IMG/VR virus record: IMGVR_UViG_3300037484_000147
Span: 1 to 29,679 of that record
DNA: 29,679 nucleotides
Strand: one strand, 5' to 3'
From: a virus
Taxonomy: Duplodnaviria; Caudoviricetes
Shown piece by piece: positions 7,364-16,792 of this stretch (positions within the stretch are counted from its first letter, which is position 1; every line of letters begins with the position of its first letter). The position numbers were made by a program, and so were the translations under genes. The notes beneath the pieces were generated by a model. The model saw only the letters and a program-made list of their open reading frames with translations, had not been told where the DNA came from and made no database searches.

Positions 7364-8030
7364 TGTCGATGCGCTCTATCCACCCTCGTACTTCCTGGGA
7401 CATTCCTACGGGGCCGACCCTCTTCGGGATCAGATGTACCGCCAGGAGAGAGACCGCATCTATTGCTACAAGCGCAAGGGCCGCATCCTGGATGTGGGCT
7501 GCGGGGTAGGAGCCTTCCTCGATTGCTTCGACGACCGGTGGGAGAAGTGGGGGATCGAGCCTGCCCGCTTCGCCGCGGAGGCTGCCCAAAGGCGCGGGGT
7601 CCAACTGGCGCGCCCATGGAGCATCACGGACTACTCCGGGTACTGGAATGTGATCGTCTTCCGGGGGACGATCCAGCATGTGCCACATCCCTTTGAGTAC
7701 CTAGAGAAAGCCCAGGGATGGCTGGCGGATGACGGACTCCTGGTTCTTTTGGCGACTCCGAACACGAACTCGCCCTACTACAAGCTCTTCGGGACTCTCC
7801 CGGCATTAGACCCATGCCGCAACTTCCTTCTGCCCTCGGATTTGATGATGACGAACGCACTCAAGAATATGGGGTACACGGTGCGGCAGGTCCTCTATCC
7901 CTACCTCGGAACGCCGTATGCAGATCCCCTCAGGGACCACCTGCGCTTCTTCGTGGGGTGGCTAACCCGCCGACAGACCGGCTTTGCCTTCTGGCGCTCG
8001 ATGATGGAGATCTATGCCACCAAGACTTGA
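7350..8030 (+). CDS. Class I SAM-dependent methyltransferase
   Basis: ILDVGCGVGAFL motif I, GIEP, IQHVPHP...L...G.L...TPN; ATG 7350 overlaps upstream gene end. Confidence 0.85.
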   Translation: MPIVDVDALYPPSYFLGHSYGADPLRDQMYRQERDRIYCYKRKGRILDVGCGVGAFLDCFDDRWEKWGIEPARFAAEAAQRRGVQLARPWSITDYSGYWNVIVFRGTIQHVPHPFEYLEKAQGWLADDGLLVLLATPNTNSPYYKLFGTLPALDPCRNFLLPSDLMMTNALKNMGYTVRQVLYPYLGTPYADPLRDHLRFFVGWLTRRQTGFAFWRSMMEIYATKT

Positions 8031-8730
8031 TTGGGAAACCCTGCGCGGATGTCACGCTGGCGAAACCTGCTGGATTGTCGGCAACGGGAAGTCCCTGGCG
8101 GCTGTTCCCTTGGAGGTCCTAGGGCGGTTTCCTTCATTGGGCTGCAACCGCATCTATCTGGAGCCGCGCGGGTTCGTGCCGACCTATCACGCCGCGACAG
8201 GGCCGGAGATGTGGCGCGGGTTTGGGGATGAGCCATTCCGTATACTGAGCGGCAAGGTGAAGGTGTTCTTCTTCTGGGAAGGGGCCGTGACGCCGGAGCT
8301 TCTTGAGAAGTTCCCCAATGATGTCATTCTTCCTCTGAGGGCGACGGGGGCGCCGATCTTCTCGCTCCATCCCGAGAGGGCGGTCTATGAGGGCTACACG
8401 GTCAGCTACGTCAACCTCCAGCTCGCCCACTGGATGGGATTCTCAAGGGCGCTCCTGATCGGGGTGGACCATCGTTGGATCGTGCCAAAGGACCACGAGC
8501 CGACATTGGCCTTTACCCGGCGCGGACCAGATCCCAACCATTTCTGCGACCAATACATCCCAGAGGGGATGTCCGTTCTGTATTCCCCCGAGGGCCTGAG
8601 ACATGCGACGAAGGCCTATGGGCTGGCGCAGGAACAGTACAGGAGGGACCAAAAGATGCAGGTCCTCAACTGCACGCCCGGATCGGCCCTCAAGGTATTT
8701 CCGATGGGCGACTGGCGGGAGATCGAGTGA
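8014..8730 (+). CDS. DUF115/Maf/MptE-like protein (putative sugar transferase)
   Basis: H.GE.CWIVGNGKSL, GCNRIY, TV....LQLAHWMGFSRALLIGVDH, DPNHF, NCTPGSALKVF. Confidence 0.75.
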   Translation: MPPRLDWETLRGCHAGETCWIVGNGKSLAAVPLEVLGRFPSLGCNRIYLEPRGFVPTYHAATGPEMWRGFGDEPFRILSGKVKVFFFWEGAVTPELLEKFPNDVILPLRATGAPIFSLHPERAVYEGYTVSYVNLQLAHWMGFSRALLIGVDHRWIVPKDHEPTLAFTRRGPDPNHFCDQYIPEGMSVLYSPEGLRHATKAYGLAQEQYRRDQKMQVLNCTPGSALKVFPMGDWREIE

Positions 8731-8930
8731 CTCCCCAAGAGCGCGCGGCCCTCATAGCCTGGCACCTTGCCCATGGGGAGGCAATGTGCCCCGAGGCGCT
8801 GATGTCCCTGACTGGGCTGACGGCCGATCGGTGCCGGCACCTCATGTATGAACTCAGTCGGGTGCTCCCAATCTACTACGAGGATGGCTACTGGCAGGTC
8901 TGTGCCATGAAGGAGGCCGTTCCGCCATAG
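8727..8930 (+). CDS. Small putative HTH/winged-helix protein, candidate late-gene regulator
   Basis: GTG overlapping upstream stop; 67 aa helix-turn-helix-like pattern (LMSLTGLTADRCRHLMYELSR) plus short beta wing; sits just upstream of packaging genes. Confidence 0.45.
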   Translation: MTPQERAALIAWHLAHGEAMCPEALMSLTGLTADRCRHLMYELSRVLPIYYEDGYWQVCAMKEAVPP

Positions 8931-8961
8931 GTCGGGGGTTAGCCGTCCGGGGTGCTACTCT

Positions 8962-8994
8962 GCGGTCGTCAAGCAAAGACGGCCGCTTTTCTTT
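8962..8994 (+). terminator. Rho-independent terminator candidate
   Basis: Stem gcggtcgtc / gacggccgc (one G-U pair), 7-nt loop, followed by ttttcttt. Confidence 0.65.
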
Positions 8995-9037
8995 GCCGGC
9001 AAACCGCGGAGGCTAGATGCCTGTGATGGCGCGGATA

Positions 9038-9081
9038 ACAAGGCACCAGTGGCCCGCTACGCGCGGGCTATTGGTGTTTGT
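9038..9081 (+). promoter_or_regulatory. Long hairpin upstream of terS
   Basis: acaag(g)caccagtggcccgc pairs with gcgggctattggtgtttgt: 19 pairs including 3 G-U, one bulge. Confidence 0.55.
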
Positions 9082-9094
9082 GGGATGAGGCGCG

Positions 9095-9523
9095 GTGACC
9101 GCAAGAAAGCCTGTCAACAGGCGTGCTACAGGCAAGCGCGGAGGCAAGACCCGGACCTCTTGGAAGCCCGGACAATCTGGCAATCCGAAGGGGGCACCGA
9201 AGCGCGGGGAGGGCTGGGGCGAACTGACCCGCTCGATGGGCGACATGGAGCCCGCACAGGTAAAGGAGTTTGTCGCGGCTATCGGCAAGAGGCTGCCCAA
9301 CATCGAGGGCATCACGCTGAAGCAGCTCGCGGTCTTGGCGGCCTATGTCGACGCCATCCTGGATCCGGGTCCCGGGATGTTCGCGGCCTTGGCAGATCGG
9401 GCCGAGGGCAAGCCGACGATGACGGTTGGCGGTGATGCAACAAGACCAATCCGAATCCTCGTGGAATACGTTGAGGGTGAGGCGGCCGAAGCCGCACTCA
9501 ACACAGAGGGCGGTGAAGGATGA
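9095..9523 (+). CDS. terS: Terminase small subunit (DUF5681-like)
   Basis: WKPGQSGNPKGAPK motif, DRAEGKP motif, directly upstream of and overlapping terL. Confidence 0.75.
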   Translation: MTARKPVNRRATGKRGGKTRTSWKPGQSGNPKGAPKRGEGWGELTRSMGDMEPAQVKEFVAAIGKRLPNIEGITLKQLAVLAAYVDAILDPGPGMFAALADRAEGKPTMTVGGDATRPIRILVEYVEGEAAEAALNTEGGEG

Positions 9524-10688
9524 TGCGGGCCGCTTCAATGTGCTGTGTGCGGGTAGGCGGTGGGGAAAGAATGTGCTCCTTCGAGACGTCCTTATTGAGC
9601 CGATGCTGGCGAAGCAGGCCCGCCCGGTCGCATGGTTCGCGCCGACCTACAAGATGCTGGCGGCTGATTGGCGAGGCATGAAGGCGATGCTGGCCGAGAT
9701 CACGACCCACAAGCTAGAGCAGGAGCATCGCCTTGTCCTCATTACGGGCGGCAACGTGGATATGTGGTCCCTGGATCAGCCGGACAGCGCGCGCGGGCGA
9801 AGATACGCACGGGTGGTGCTCAACGAGGCGGCGCAGGTTGCACATCTGCAAGAGGCCTGGGAGCAAGTCATCCGGCCAACGCTTGCCGACTTCTCTGGTG
9901 ATGCCTGGTTCGGCTCCACCCCCCGCGGCCACAATTACTTCTGGCAACTCTGGAATCGGGGACAGGATCAGGCGGCCAACCCTGACTGGCGATCGTGGAA
10001 GTACCCGACTGCATCGAACCCCTTCATCCTCCCCTCCGAGATCGCACAAGCGCGCGGGGAACTACCGGAGAGAGTCTTCTCCCAGGAGTATCTAGCAGAG
10101 TTCATCGAGGGCGAAGGTCTCGTCTTCCGCAACATCCGGGCCTGCATGACCGCGCCCCAAACGACCCCGGCCAAGCACAAGGGGCACAACATCGTCATCG
10201 GGGCCGACTGGGGAAAGCAAGAGGACTTCACTGCGCTCGCCCTCGTGTGCTCCACCTGCAAGGCCGAGGTCGCGCACGATCGGTTCAACAAGATCGACTA
10301 CTCCTATCAGCGCAAGAGAGTCGGGGCGTGGGCCAAGGGCTGGGGCGTGAGCTATGGCCTGGTCGAGAGCAACTCCATCGGCACGCCCATCCTTGAGCAG
10401 CTCCAGCTTGAGGGGATGCCGTTCTACGGCTTCGAAACCACGGCGGTGAGCAAGCCGCCGCTTATCGAAAGCCTCGGCCTCGCGTTTGAGCGGAAGGAAT
10501 GCCAGTGGCTTGATGATCCCGTGTGGACCTCGGAACTGGAGGCCTACGAGCGGAAGGTAAGCGCAGTCACGGGGCGCAGTTCGTACGGTGCCCCCGAGGG
10601 GCTCCATGACGATACGGTGATTGCCCGGGCCCTGGCGTGGAGGGCCGCCCTCCAGGCAGGGATCGGCTCCGTGGCATTCGAGGCATAG
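9426..10688 (+). CDS. terL: Terminase large subunit
   Basis: Walker A CAGRRWGK, Walker B-like VVLNEAA, STPRG, QEYLAEF, nuclease GADWG and HDDTV. Start may be ATG 9435. Confidence 0.95.
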   Translation: MAVMQQDQSESSWNTLRVRRPKPHSTQRAVKDDAGRFNVLCAGRRWGKNVLLRDVLIEPMLAKQARPVAWFAPTYKMLAADWRGMKAMLAEITTHKLEQEHRLVLITGGNVDMWSLDQPDSARGRRYARVVLNEAAQVAHLQEAWEQVIRPTLADFSGDAWFGSTPRGHNYFWQLWNRGQDQAANPDWRSWKYPTASNPFILPSEIAQARGELPERVFSQEYLAEFIEGEGLVFRNIRACMTAPQTTPAKHKGHNIVIGADWGKQEDFTALALVCSTCKAEVAHDRFNKIDYSYQRKRVGAWAKGWGVSYGLVESNSIGTPILEQLQLEGMPFYGFETTAVSKPPLIESLGLAFERKECQWLDDPVWTSELEAYERKVSAVTGRSSYGAPEGLHDDTVIARALAWRAALQAGIGSVAFEA

Positions 10689-12092
10689 ATGGATTACAAG
10701 GCGTTCTCTCTGGGAGGCAAGGAAGCCAAGGCCATCGTGCATATCCCCGGATGGGCGCAGGCGCTTGATCAGTCCACCGAGGTCACGAACTCCCAGAGTG
10801 CGTTTGCCTTCGTGCCTCTGGTCTATCGGGCCGTCATTCTCAGGGCCAATGCCATCTCCTCAATCCCAATCGCGGTGCTGCGCAAGGGAACGGAACTGGA
10901 GGACGGATGGCCCTTCCCGCAGCACCTAGAGGATCTGATTTGGAGGACCGAGGCCTCCCAGCTTCTCTCCGGTGCCGGATATTGGTTGCGCCTCGTCAAC
11001 CGGGTCAAACTGGTTGGCGCACAGTGGCTCAACCCGACGACCATGAAGGTGGAACTGAAAGAGGGCGTAGGGACAAGCGGGGAGCGGATCGCGGAGCTCC
11101 AGTTCGTGCAGGAGGTCAACGGCAAGAGGTACGGCCCCTGGGGGCCGGATCGGATGGCGTACTTCCGCGAGTTCAACCCCTCGGACGATATTGGGCCTGG
11201 GGTGAGCGCGGCGGGCGTGGCCCTGGCAAATGCGAAGTTGCACGAGTACGCAACGCGGTTCGCGGGGGAGTTCTTCAAGGGCGGCGCCATGCCGACCGTG
11301 CTTCTCCCGGTTCCGATGGCGACGCCGGAGCTCGAGAGGCTGCGCCTTGAGAACTGGTTCAAGCGTGCGGTCACTGGACTTTCGAAGGCGATGCGTGTGC
11401 TGGCGGTGAAGGTGGGCGAGGGGCAGGAGATGAAGCCCTCGATCCTCACCCCGCCGATCAAAGACATGGCGATGCCGGAGCTCATGCAACAGGCGCGGAC
11501 GCAGGTGGCCCTCGCGTTTGGGATCCCACAGACCATGCTGGAGGACGCGGCCAATTATGCGACGGCCGCCGAGCACCGACTTGGGTTCTGGAATGAAACC
11601 GTCCGCCCGCGCATTCCTCTCTTCGAACGGGTCATCAACGAACAGTTCCTGGCGAAGACGGACCTGACCATCGAGTTCAGGCCAGACGAGTTGGAGGTCT
11701 TCCAGGAAGATGAGTCGGAGCGCGCGTCGTCGCTGAACAGCCTGACGATCGCCGGTGTTCCGCTCAAGGTGGCGATGGAGATCCTCGGCTACGACTTGGA
11801 CGAGAAACAGTGGGCGCTGATCCCAGTCGCCAAGCCGCGTGAACCCGCCGTTGTCCCGGACAAGAAGCCTGAGGAGCCGGTTGAGGATGAGGAACTGCAA
11901 AAGGAAGTCCGGCGCTGGGAACGGTTGGCGCTCAAGCGGATGCGCGAGGGGAAGCCCGAGAAGATGATCGCCTTCGAGACGAAGGTCATCCCTGGCGCAC
12001 TGAGGGGAACCATTGAGGCGCTGCTTGAGGCGGCGCGGACAGAGGGCGAGGTCAAGGGCGCGTTCCAGACATTGAAGGTGGCCCATGCATAA
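10689..12092 (+). CDS. Portal protein (HK97-like)
   Basis: Follows terL; P.VYRAV...[26 protein letters not shown]...NYATA, TVRP....E..IN. Confidence 0.92.
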   Translation: MDYKAFSLGGKEAKAIVHIPGWAQALDQSTEVTNSQSAFAFVPLVYRAVILRANAISSIPIAVLRKGTELEDGWPFPQHLEDLIWRTEASQLLSGAGYWLRLVNRVKLVGAQWLNPTTMKVELKEGVGTSGERIAELQFVQEVNGKRYGPWGPDRMAYFREFNPSDDIGPGVSAAGVALANAKLHEYATRFAGEFFKGGAMPTVLLPVPMATPELERLRLENWFKRAVTGLSKAMRVLAVKVGEGQEMKPSILTPPIKDMAMPELMQQARTQVALAFGIPQTMLEDAANYATAAEHRLGFWNETVRPRIPLFERVINEQFLAKTDLTIEFRPDELEVFQEDESERASSLNSLTIAGVPLKVAMEILGYDLDEKQWALIPVAKPREPAVVPDKKPEEPVEDEELQKEVRRWERLALKRMREGKPEKMIAFETKVIPGALRGTIEALLEAARTEGEVKGAFQTLKVAHA

Positions 12093-13269
12093 CAACAAGG
12101 CCATCTCGGTTGGAAGCTGGGAGGTATTGAGAAAGGCCCTTGATGAACATGAGGCCATTCTAGCCGCCATTGAGTCGGGCGGGACGGGGCCTCAAGGGCC
12201 TCCCGGTCCCGAGGGTCCGCCTGGTCCCGCAGGAGTAGATGGTGCGCCCGGTCCTGCTGGCGCGGATGGTGTGCAAGGATCTCAGGGTCTTCCGGGTGAT
12301 GACGGCGCCCAGGGCATTCAGGGAATCCAAGGACCTCCGGGCGATGACGGCGCACAGGGGCCTCCGGGTATTCAGGGGCCCCCCGGTGCGGACAGTACCA
12401 TTCCAGGTCCGCAGGGTCCGCCCGGAAACGATGGGGCACAAGGCACTCAAGGTATCCAAGGCATTCAGGGCGATTCGGGGCCCGCGGGTTCCCAGGGCGC
12501 CCCTGGCGTTGGGGTGCCGGCTGGCGGAACAACGGGGCAGGTTCTCGCGAAGGCGAGCGCGGCAGATTTCAACACGGGATGGGTTGATCCGCAGTCTGGA
12601 GGAGGGGCCGACATCGCGCTGCCGACTGCCGCGCGCGTGTGGAGAGATGATTTCCATGCGGGATCGACGGAAACGGGAGAGATAGGCGAGCAGGGCTGGA
12701 CGATCACCAACGGGAGCATCGTGGCTCCGGCTTCGGTTGCTCAGAACCATCCCGGCGTCATCACTCGGCGCTCCGGGACGACGGCGGCCCAGGTCGCATC
12801 CATGTACGTGAACGCCACAGTGAGCATGTTGGATCACCGCTTCGATGAACTCGATGTCTTCTACCTCATAGGGGCGATGATTGCCACGAACGCAGACCAC
12901 ATCATTCGCTTCGGCTTGGCCGGGAATGATGTTTCCGCCAACCCCCCCACTCACGGCGTGTTCATCGAGAGGCTCGCCGCGGATGCTTCGTTCTTCGGGG
13001 TCGTACGGAATGGCGGTGCGCAAACCCGGACGGCCGCGCTGATCGCCCAGGACCTCAACTTCCACAAGTTCCGCATCCGCCGGGTCGATGCAACTCATGT
13101 CGGCTTCCAGGTGGACGCCTTGAGCGAGGTGGTGATAGGGCCGGATGCCAACATCCCGGATGCGGCCGATGCGGTGAAGGCATTCCTCCAGATCGTCCCG
13201 TCGTCCACCACGGCACGGGACTACAGCATCGATTTCGCCAGTGAGAAGCTGCTGGCGGTGGCGAGATGA
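12085..13269 (+). CDS. Collagen-like fibre protein with C-terminal globular (possibly lectin-like) domain
   Basis: 23 + 11 Gly-X-Y triplets (about 12187-12504) interrupted by STIP, then [15 protein letters not shown] motif and a beta-rich C-terminal domain. Confidence 0.85.
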   Translation: MHNNKAISVGSWEVLRKALDEHEAILAAIESGGTGPQGPPGPEGPPGPAGVDGAPGPAGADGVQGSQGLPGDDGAQGIQGIQGPPGDDGAQGPPGIQGPPGADSTIPGPQGPPGNDGAQGTQGIQGIQGDSGPAGSQGAPGVGVPAGGTTGQVLAKASAADFNTGWVDPQSGGGADIALPTAARVWRDDFHAGSTETGEIGEQGWTITNGSIVAPASVAQNHPGVITRRSGTTAAQVASMYVNATVSMLDHRFDELDVFYLIGAMIATNADHIIRFGLAGNDVSANPPTHGVFIERLAADASFFGVVRNGGAQTRTAALIAQDLNFHKFRIRRVDATHVGFQVDALSEVVIGPDANIPDAADAVKAFLQIVPSSTTARDYSIDFASEKLLAVAR

Positions 13270-13358
13270 TCTGGCTCTTGTTTGCGGCTTCATGGCTCAT
13301 CATCGCCTGGCTCGCCTACAGAGACTTCGAGGGCCGACATGCCGGACCTCGTGGATAG
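13266..13358 (+). CDS. 30-aa single-pass membrane microprotein
   Basis: ATGA overlap with collagen gene stop; [30 protein letters not shown]; below ORF-track cutoff. Confidence 0.45.
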   Translation: MIWLLFAASWLIIAWLAYRDFEGRHAGPRG

Positions 13359-14043
13359 GGATGAATGGGAGCGTCAGTTCGCCCGCCGATTGACCCGCGT
13401 AGAGCGGGAGCAGCTCGCCGAGTTGATGCGGCAGCTTGGAGATCCGCCCAACCTGTCGGCTATCCCCGAGTCCTATTGGATGGGGATGAGCAACTCGCTG
13501 GGCGCGGAGATCGTCCCCATGCTGACGGACGTCTACCTTCAGGCGGCGCAGGCGCTTCTGGACGAGACGCCGATCGGGGTCGAGTGGGATTTGATCCACA
13601 CCGCGGGCTCTACGTGGGCGCGGCAGTACGGCTCCGAGTTGGTGCAGGGTCTTACCAACACAACACGGGAGTTCCTGCGGCAGTCGATTGGCCGCTTCTT
13701 CACCGACCAGATGACCATGCGCCAACTGAGGGACTTGCTGGAGCAGCGGTTCGGCCCGGTGCGCGCGGAGCTCATAGCCTCGACGGAGGTCACCCGGGCG
13801 GCCGTGCAGGGGGAAATGGGGATCGTCGATGCGATCGGAGAACAGGGCATCCGCATGGTGGCGGTATGGAACACGAGCAACGACGAGATTGTGTGTGTGG
13901 TCTGCGAGCCGCTGAACCAGGCGCCGGAGGACGAGCCCGGATCGAGGACTTGGACGCACCCGGAGAACGGGCAGATCTACGAGCCGCCGCCGGCGCATCC
14001 GCGGTGCCGGTGCTGGCTGACGCACGAATTCAGTGAGGCCTGA
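13339..14043 (+). CDS. Head morphogenesis / minor head protein (SPP1 gp7 / Mu gpF family)
   Basis: RAELIASTEVTRA, W.T..D..VC.VC..L, PPAHPRCRC. Confidence 0.9.
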   Translation: MPDLVDRDEWERQFARRLTRVEREQLAELMRQLGDPPNLSAIPESYWMGMSNSLGAEIVPMLTDVYLQAAQALLDETPIGVEWDLIHTAGSTWARQYGSELVQGLTNTTREFLRQSIGRFFTDQMTMRQLRDLLEQRFGPVRAELIASTEVTRAAVQGEMGIVDAIGEQGIRMVAVWNTSNDEIVCVVCEPLNQAPEDEPGSRTWTHPENGQIYEPPPAHPRCRCWLTHEFSEA

Positions 14044-14510
14044 TGGAGATTCACTTTCGGGGCTTTGAGGAGTTGGAGCGCAAGCTCGGCCGGGTGGCGG
14101 CCGGGGAATGGATCACCGCCGGGCTACTCGCGGCGGGTGTCTACATCAAGGGCAAGATCGCCAAGTATCCGCCGTCCCGACATGCCCCCCAGCCGTTCGT
14201 GTCGGATAGACAGCGGAGAGGCTTCTTCGCCAAGTTGGCCGACGGACTGATCGAGGTCCCGTATCGGAGGGGGCAGTCGCCGGGGTCGGAGAGGCTGGGG
14301 CAGAGTTGGACGGCGCAGGCAAGGGACCAAGGAAGGACCGTGGTGATCGGGAACGACGCAAGTTATGGCCGGCTGGTACAGGACAAGGACGTGCAGACAG
14401 GGTACCACCGCGTGACGGGCTGGCCCACGGCGCAGGATGTCGTGGAGCGGGAGAAGAAACAAGTCACAGAGGCGCTGGCGCGGGAGCTGCGCAAGGCGCT
14501 AAGGAGTTAG
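14043..14510 (+). CDS. HK97 gp10-like virion morphogenesis protein
   Basis: I.F.GFEELERKL N-terminus, L.QSW, VVIGN.ASY...V; position in head module. Confidence 0.55.
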   Translation: MEIHFRGFEELERKLGRVAAGEWITAGLLAAGVYIKGKIAKYPPSRHAPQPFVSDRQRRGFFAKLADGLIEVPYRRGQSPGSERLGQSWTAQARDQGRTVVIGNDASYGRLVQDKDVQTGYHRVTGWPTAQDVVEREKKQVTEALARELRKALRS

Positions 14511-14512
14511 AG

Positions 14513-16294
14513 ATGCCAGAACCAGGCGAGAACGAAAGCCAGAGCGAGTTCATGCACCGCTGTGTTCCTATGGTCATGGAGGACGGGACGGCCAAAGACA
14601 ATGACCAAGCCGTCGCCATCTGCATGAGCAAGTGGCGGAAGAAGAAGTCGATCGACCTGACCGTCAAGGTCACGGCGAAGACCGACGAGTTCGCCACCGT
14701 TGCCGGCTATGGCGTGGTCTTCGGGGGTGTGGATCTGGAGGGCGATACCTTCCTGCCCGAGACGGACTTCATGCTGGACATGGTTCCAGCCAAGCCCGTG
14801 TTCTACGACCATACCCTCACGGGGATCAAACACCACCTCGGGAAATCCATCGTAGCCAAGGTGGACGAATACGGATTGTGGGTGGAGGCGCAGATCGACC
14901 GCGCCAAGGAGTACGCCGAGTACGTCCTGGAGCTCGTGGAGAAGGGCATCCTCGGATGGTCGAGCGGAAGCGTTCCGCATCTTGTGGAGCGGGGAGAGAA
15001 GGGCTTCGCGCGGTGGCCCATCTTCGAGTTCTCCCTAACGCCCACCCCCGCGGAGCCTAGAACATTGAGCGTGCAGCAGATCAAGTCGCTGCTTTCCGCT
15101 GCCAATGTCGACTACCCGGAGGCGCTGGCGGAGGCGTCGCAAGACGCGCCGGCGCGGGCTGAGACAGGCGGCGATGCAGAAACCACACAGGAGATGAAGG
15201 CAATGGACGAGGTAGCAAAAGTCGAAACCCCCGTGGCGCCGCCCATTGACGTGGCCGCGATTGCGAAGGCAGTCGCCGATCACCTCAAGGCAGAGGCCCC
15301 GGAGGACAAGGGTGCGGTACTGACCGTGCCCAGCATCAAGAAAGTCTCCGATCTGGGGTTCAAGGACGATGAGGTCAAGTCGTTCTTCCACTGGATCAAG
15401 ACCGGTGACTCCAAGGCCTATAAGGCCGCCATGCAGGGGCAGACGGACGACGAGGGCGGATATGCCGTCCCGGACGACTTCTACAACCGGATCGTTGCCA
15501 AGCGGGATGAGCAAAGCGTCGCCCGCCGGGCCGGGGCCGTGGTAATTCCCACGAGCCTTGATCGCATCCTGGTCCCGAAGGAAGGGACGTCGATGAGCGC
15601 CTTCGCCATCACGGCCGAAGAAGGCGCGGTGGACGAGAACGAACCCACCCTCGGGCAGACGGTCATCACGGTCTACACCGGGACCAAGCTGGTCAAGTTG
15701 AGCAATCAGCTCTTGGCTGATGAGAAGGCCCAACTTGACGGGTTCCTGTCGAATGCCTTCGGGCGGGCAGAGGCCGAGTGGGAGAACACCTACTTCCTGG
15801 AGGGCTCTGGGTCAAGCCAGCCCTACGGGGCGGTGGACGGATCAACCGCCGGCAAGTCGGCGGCAGGATCTGCGGCCGTCACAGCGGCCGAGGTGATTGC
15901 CCTGGGTTATGCCCTCGATGAGCCCTACTTCGTCGATGGCGAGGTCTCTTGGACGATGCGCCGGACGACTCTCGGGGCACTCAGGGCCTTGGCCGCATCC
16001 TACCCGTTCTCCTTCGCGGTCAGCCCGCAAGGTGGTGGGAACATGAATGCCGAGACGCTACTTGGGGCGCCGGTATTCTGCTCGGCGAAGATGGCGACCT
16101 GGGGTTCGGCAACCAAGCCGATCCTGATCGGAAACTGGTCGTTCTACTTCATCGCGGAGCGCCAAGGGATGACGATCCAGCGGCTGACGGAGCTCTACGC
16201 GGGCAATCTCCAGACGGGATTGCTGGCGACGTTCCGTCGAGGCGGATCGCCGATTCAGGCTGAGGCGTTCCAGCACATGCTGCTGGCGACCTAA
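14513..16294 (+). CDS. Fused prohead protease (HK97/S78-like) and major capsid protein (HK97 fold)
   Basis: Protease: GYGVVFG..DLEGDTF, YDH, GLWVEA, GWSSGS, EFSLTPTPAEPR. Capsid: GGYAVPDDF...I, EEG...E, LSNQLL.D, G.GS.QP.G, LLGAPV, IGNWS.Y...ER. No stop between them; ATG 14513 after AAGGAG. Confidence 0.9.
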   Translation: MPEPGENESQSEFMHRCVPMVMEDGTAKDNDQAVAICMSKWRKKKSIDLTVKVTAKTDEFATVAGYGVVFGGVDLEGDTFLPETDFMLDMVPAKPVFYDHTLTGIKHHLGKSIVAKVDEYGLWVEAQIDRAKEYAEYVLELVEKGILGWSSGSVPHLVERGEKGFARWPIFEFSLTPTPAEPRTLSVQQIKSLLSAANVDYPEALAEASQDAPARAETGGDAETTQEMKAMDEVAKVETPVAPPIDVAAIAKAVADHLKAEAPEDKGAVLTVPSIKKVSDLGFKDDEVKSFFHWIKTGDSKAYKAAMQGQTDDEGGYAVPDDFYNRIVAKRDEQSVARRAGAVVIPTSLDRILVPKEGTSMSAFAITAEEGAVDENEPTLGQTVITVYTGTKLVKLSNQLLADEKAQLDGFLSNAFGRAEAEWENTYFLEGSGSSQPYGAVDGSTAGKSAAGSAAVTAAEVIALGYALDEPYFVDGEVSWTMRRTTLGALRALAASYPFSFAVSPQGGGNMNAETLLGAPVFCSAKMATWGSATKPILIGNWSFYFIAERQGMTIQRLTELYAGNLQTGLLATFRRGGSPIQAEAFQHMLLAT

Positions 16295-16306
16295 GGGAGG
16301 TGTGAC

Positions 16307-16738
16307 ATGCACAATCTCTCTCAGGCCGTGAAGATGGCAAAGGCGATCGCCCCTGCGGTCGCCCTCGGAACGGGCGCGGCATGGACCGCCATTGAGGTCG
16401 ACGCAACCGGCTTTGACCGTGTTTGCTACGTCCTCTACTGGGGATCTCAGGCCGGCGCCACTAAGGCCGGTGTGACCTCTTTCCAAGTGGAAGAGGCAAC
16501 CGCTTCGGGCGGGACTTTCACCGCCATCTCGGCTTCCGCGTCGAGTGTGGGAACCGGAGACTCAGACGATCTCATCATCGTCGATGTCCCCGTGACCTAC
16601 ACCAGCCCGTACCAGAAGTTCAACGGGACTTCCGGCACGGAGGGCACCTCCGCCTGCACGGTCGCGGCGGTTGCCCTGCTCTACCGCGGGACCCGGCAGC
16701 TTCCGATCGCTCAGACCATCGGTGCGATCGTCTGCTGA
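16307..16738 (+). CDS. Putative capsid decoration/cement protein
   Basis: Directly after MCP with GGAGGTG RBS; small, Ala/Gly/Thr/Ser-rich, beta-strand pattern. Confidence 0.55.
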   Translation: MHNLSQAVKMAKAIAPAVALGTGAAWTAIEVDATGFDRVCYVLYWGSQAGATKAGVTSFQVEEATASGGTFTAISASASSVGTGDSDDLIIVDVPVTYTSPYQKFNGTSGTEGTSACTVAAVALLYRGTRQLPIAQTIGAIVC

Positions 16739-16754
16739 CAACCGAATACATCCA

Positions 16755-16780
16755 GGGGGAGGCGGTTCGCCGCCTCCCCC
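16755..16780 (+). promoter_or_regulatory. Perfect 11-bp GC stem with TTCG loop and no U-tract
   Basis: gggggaggcgg-ttcg-ccgcctccccc between the capsid genes and connector genes. Confidence 0.7.
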
Positions 16781-16792
16781 CAAGGAGCAGAC

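Noticed and set aside
12187-12504. DNA-level tandem repeat in the collagen region
   Set aside because: Periodicity is explained by Gly-X-Y coding with varied synonymous codons.
10926-13293. Long minus-strand ORFs (10926..12170, 12160..13293) and similar shadow ORFs elsewhere
   Set aside because: Antisense to well-supported genes; expected in GC-rich DNA; no recognisable motifs.
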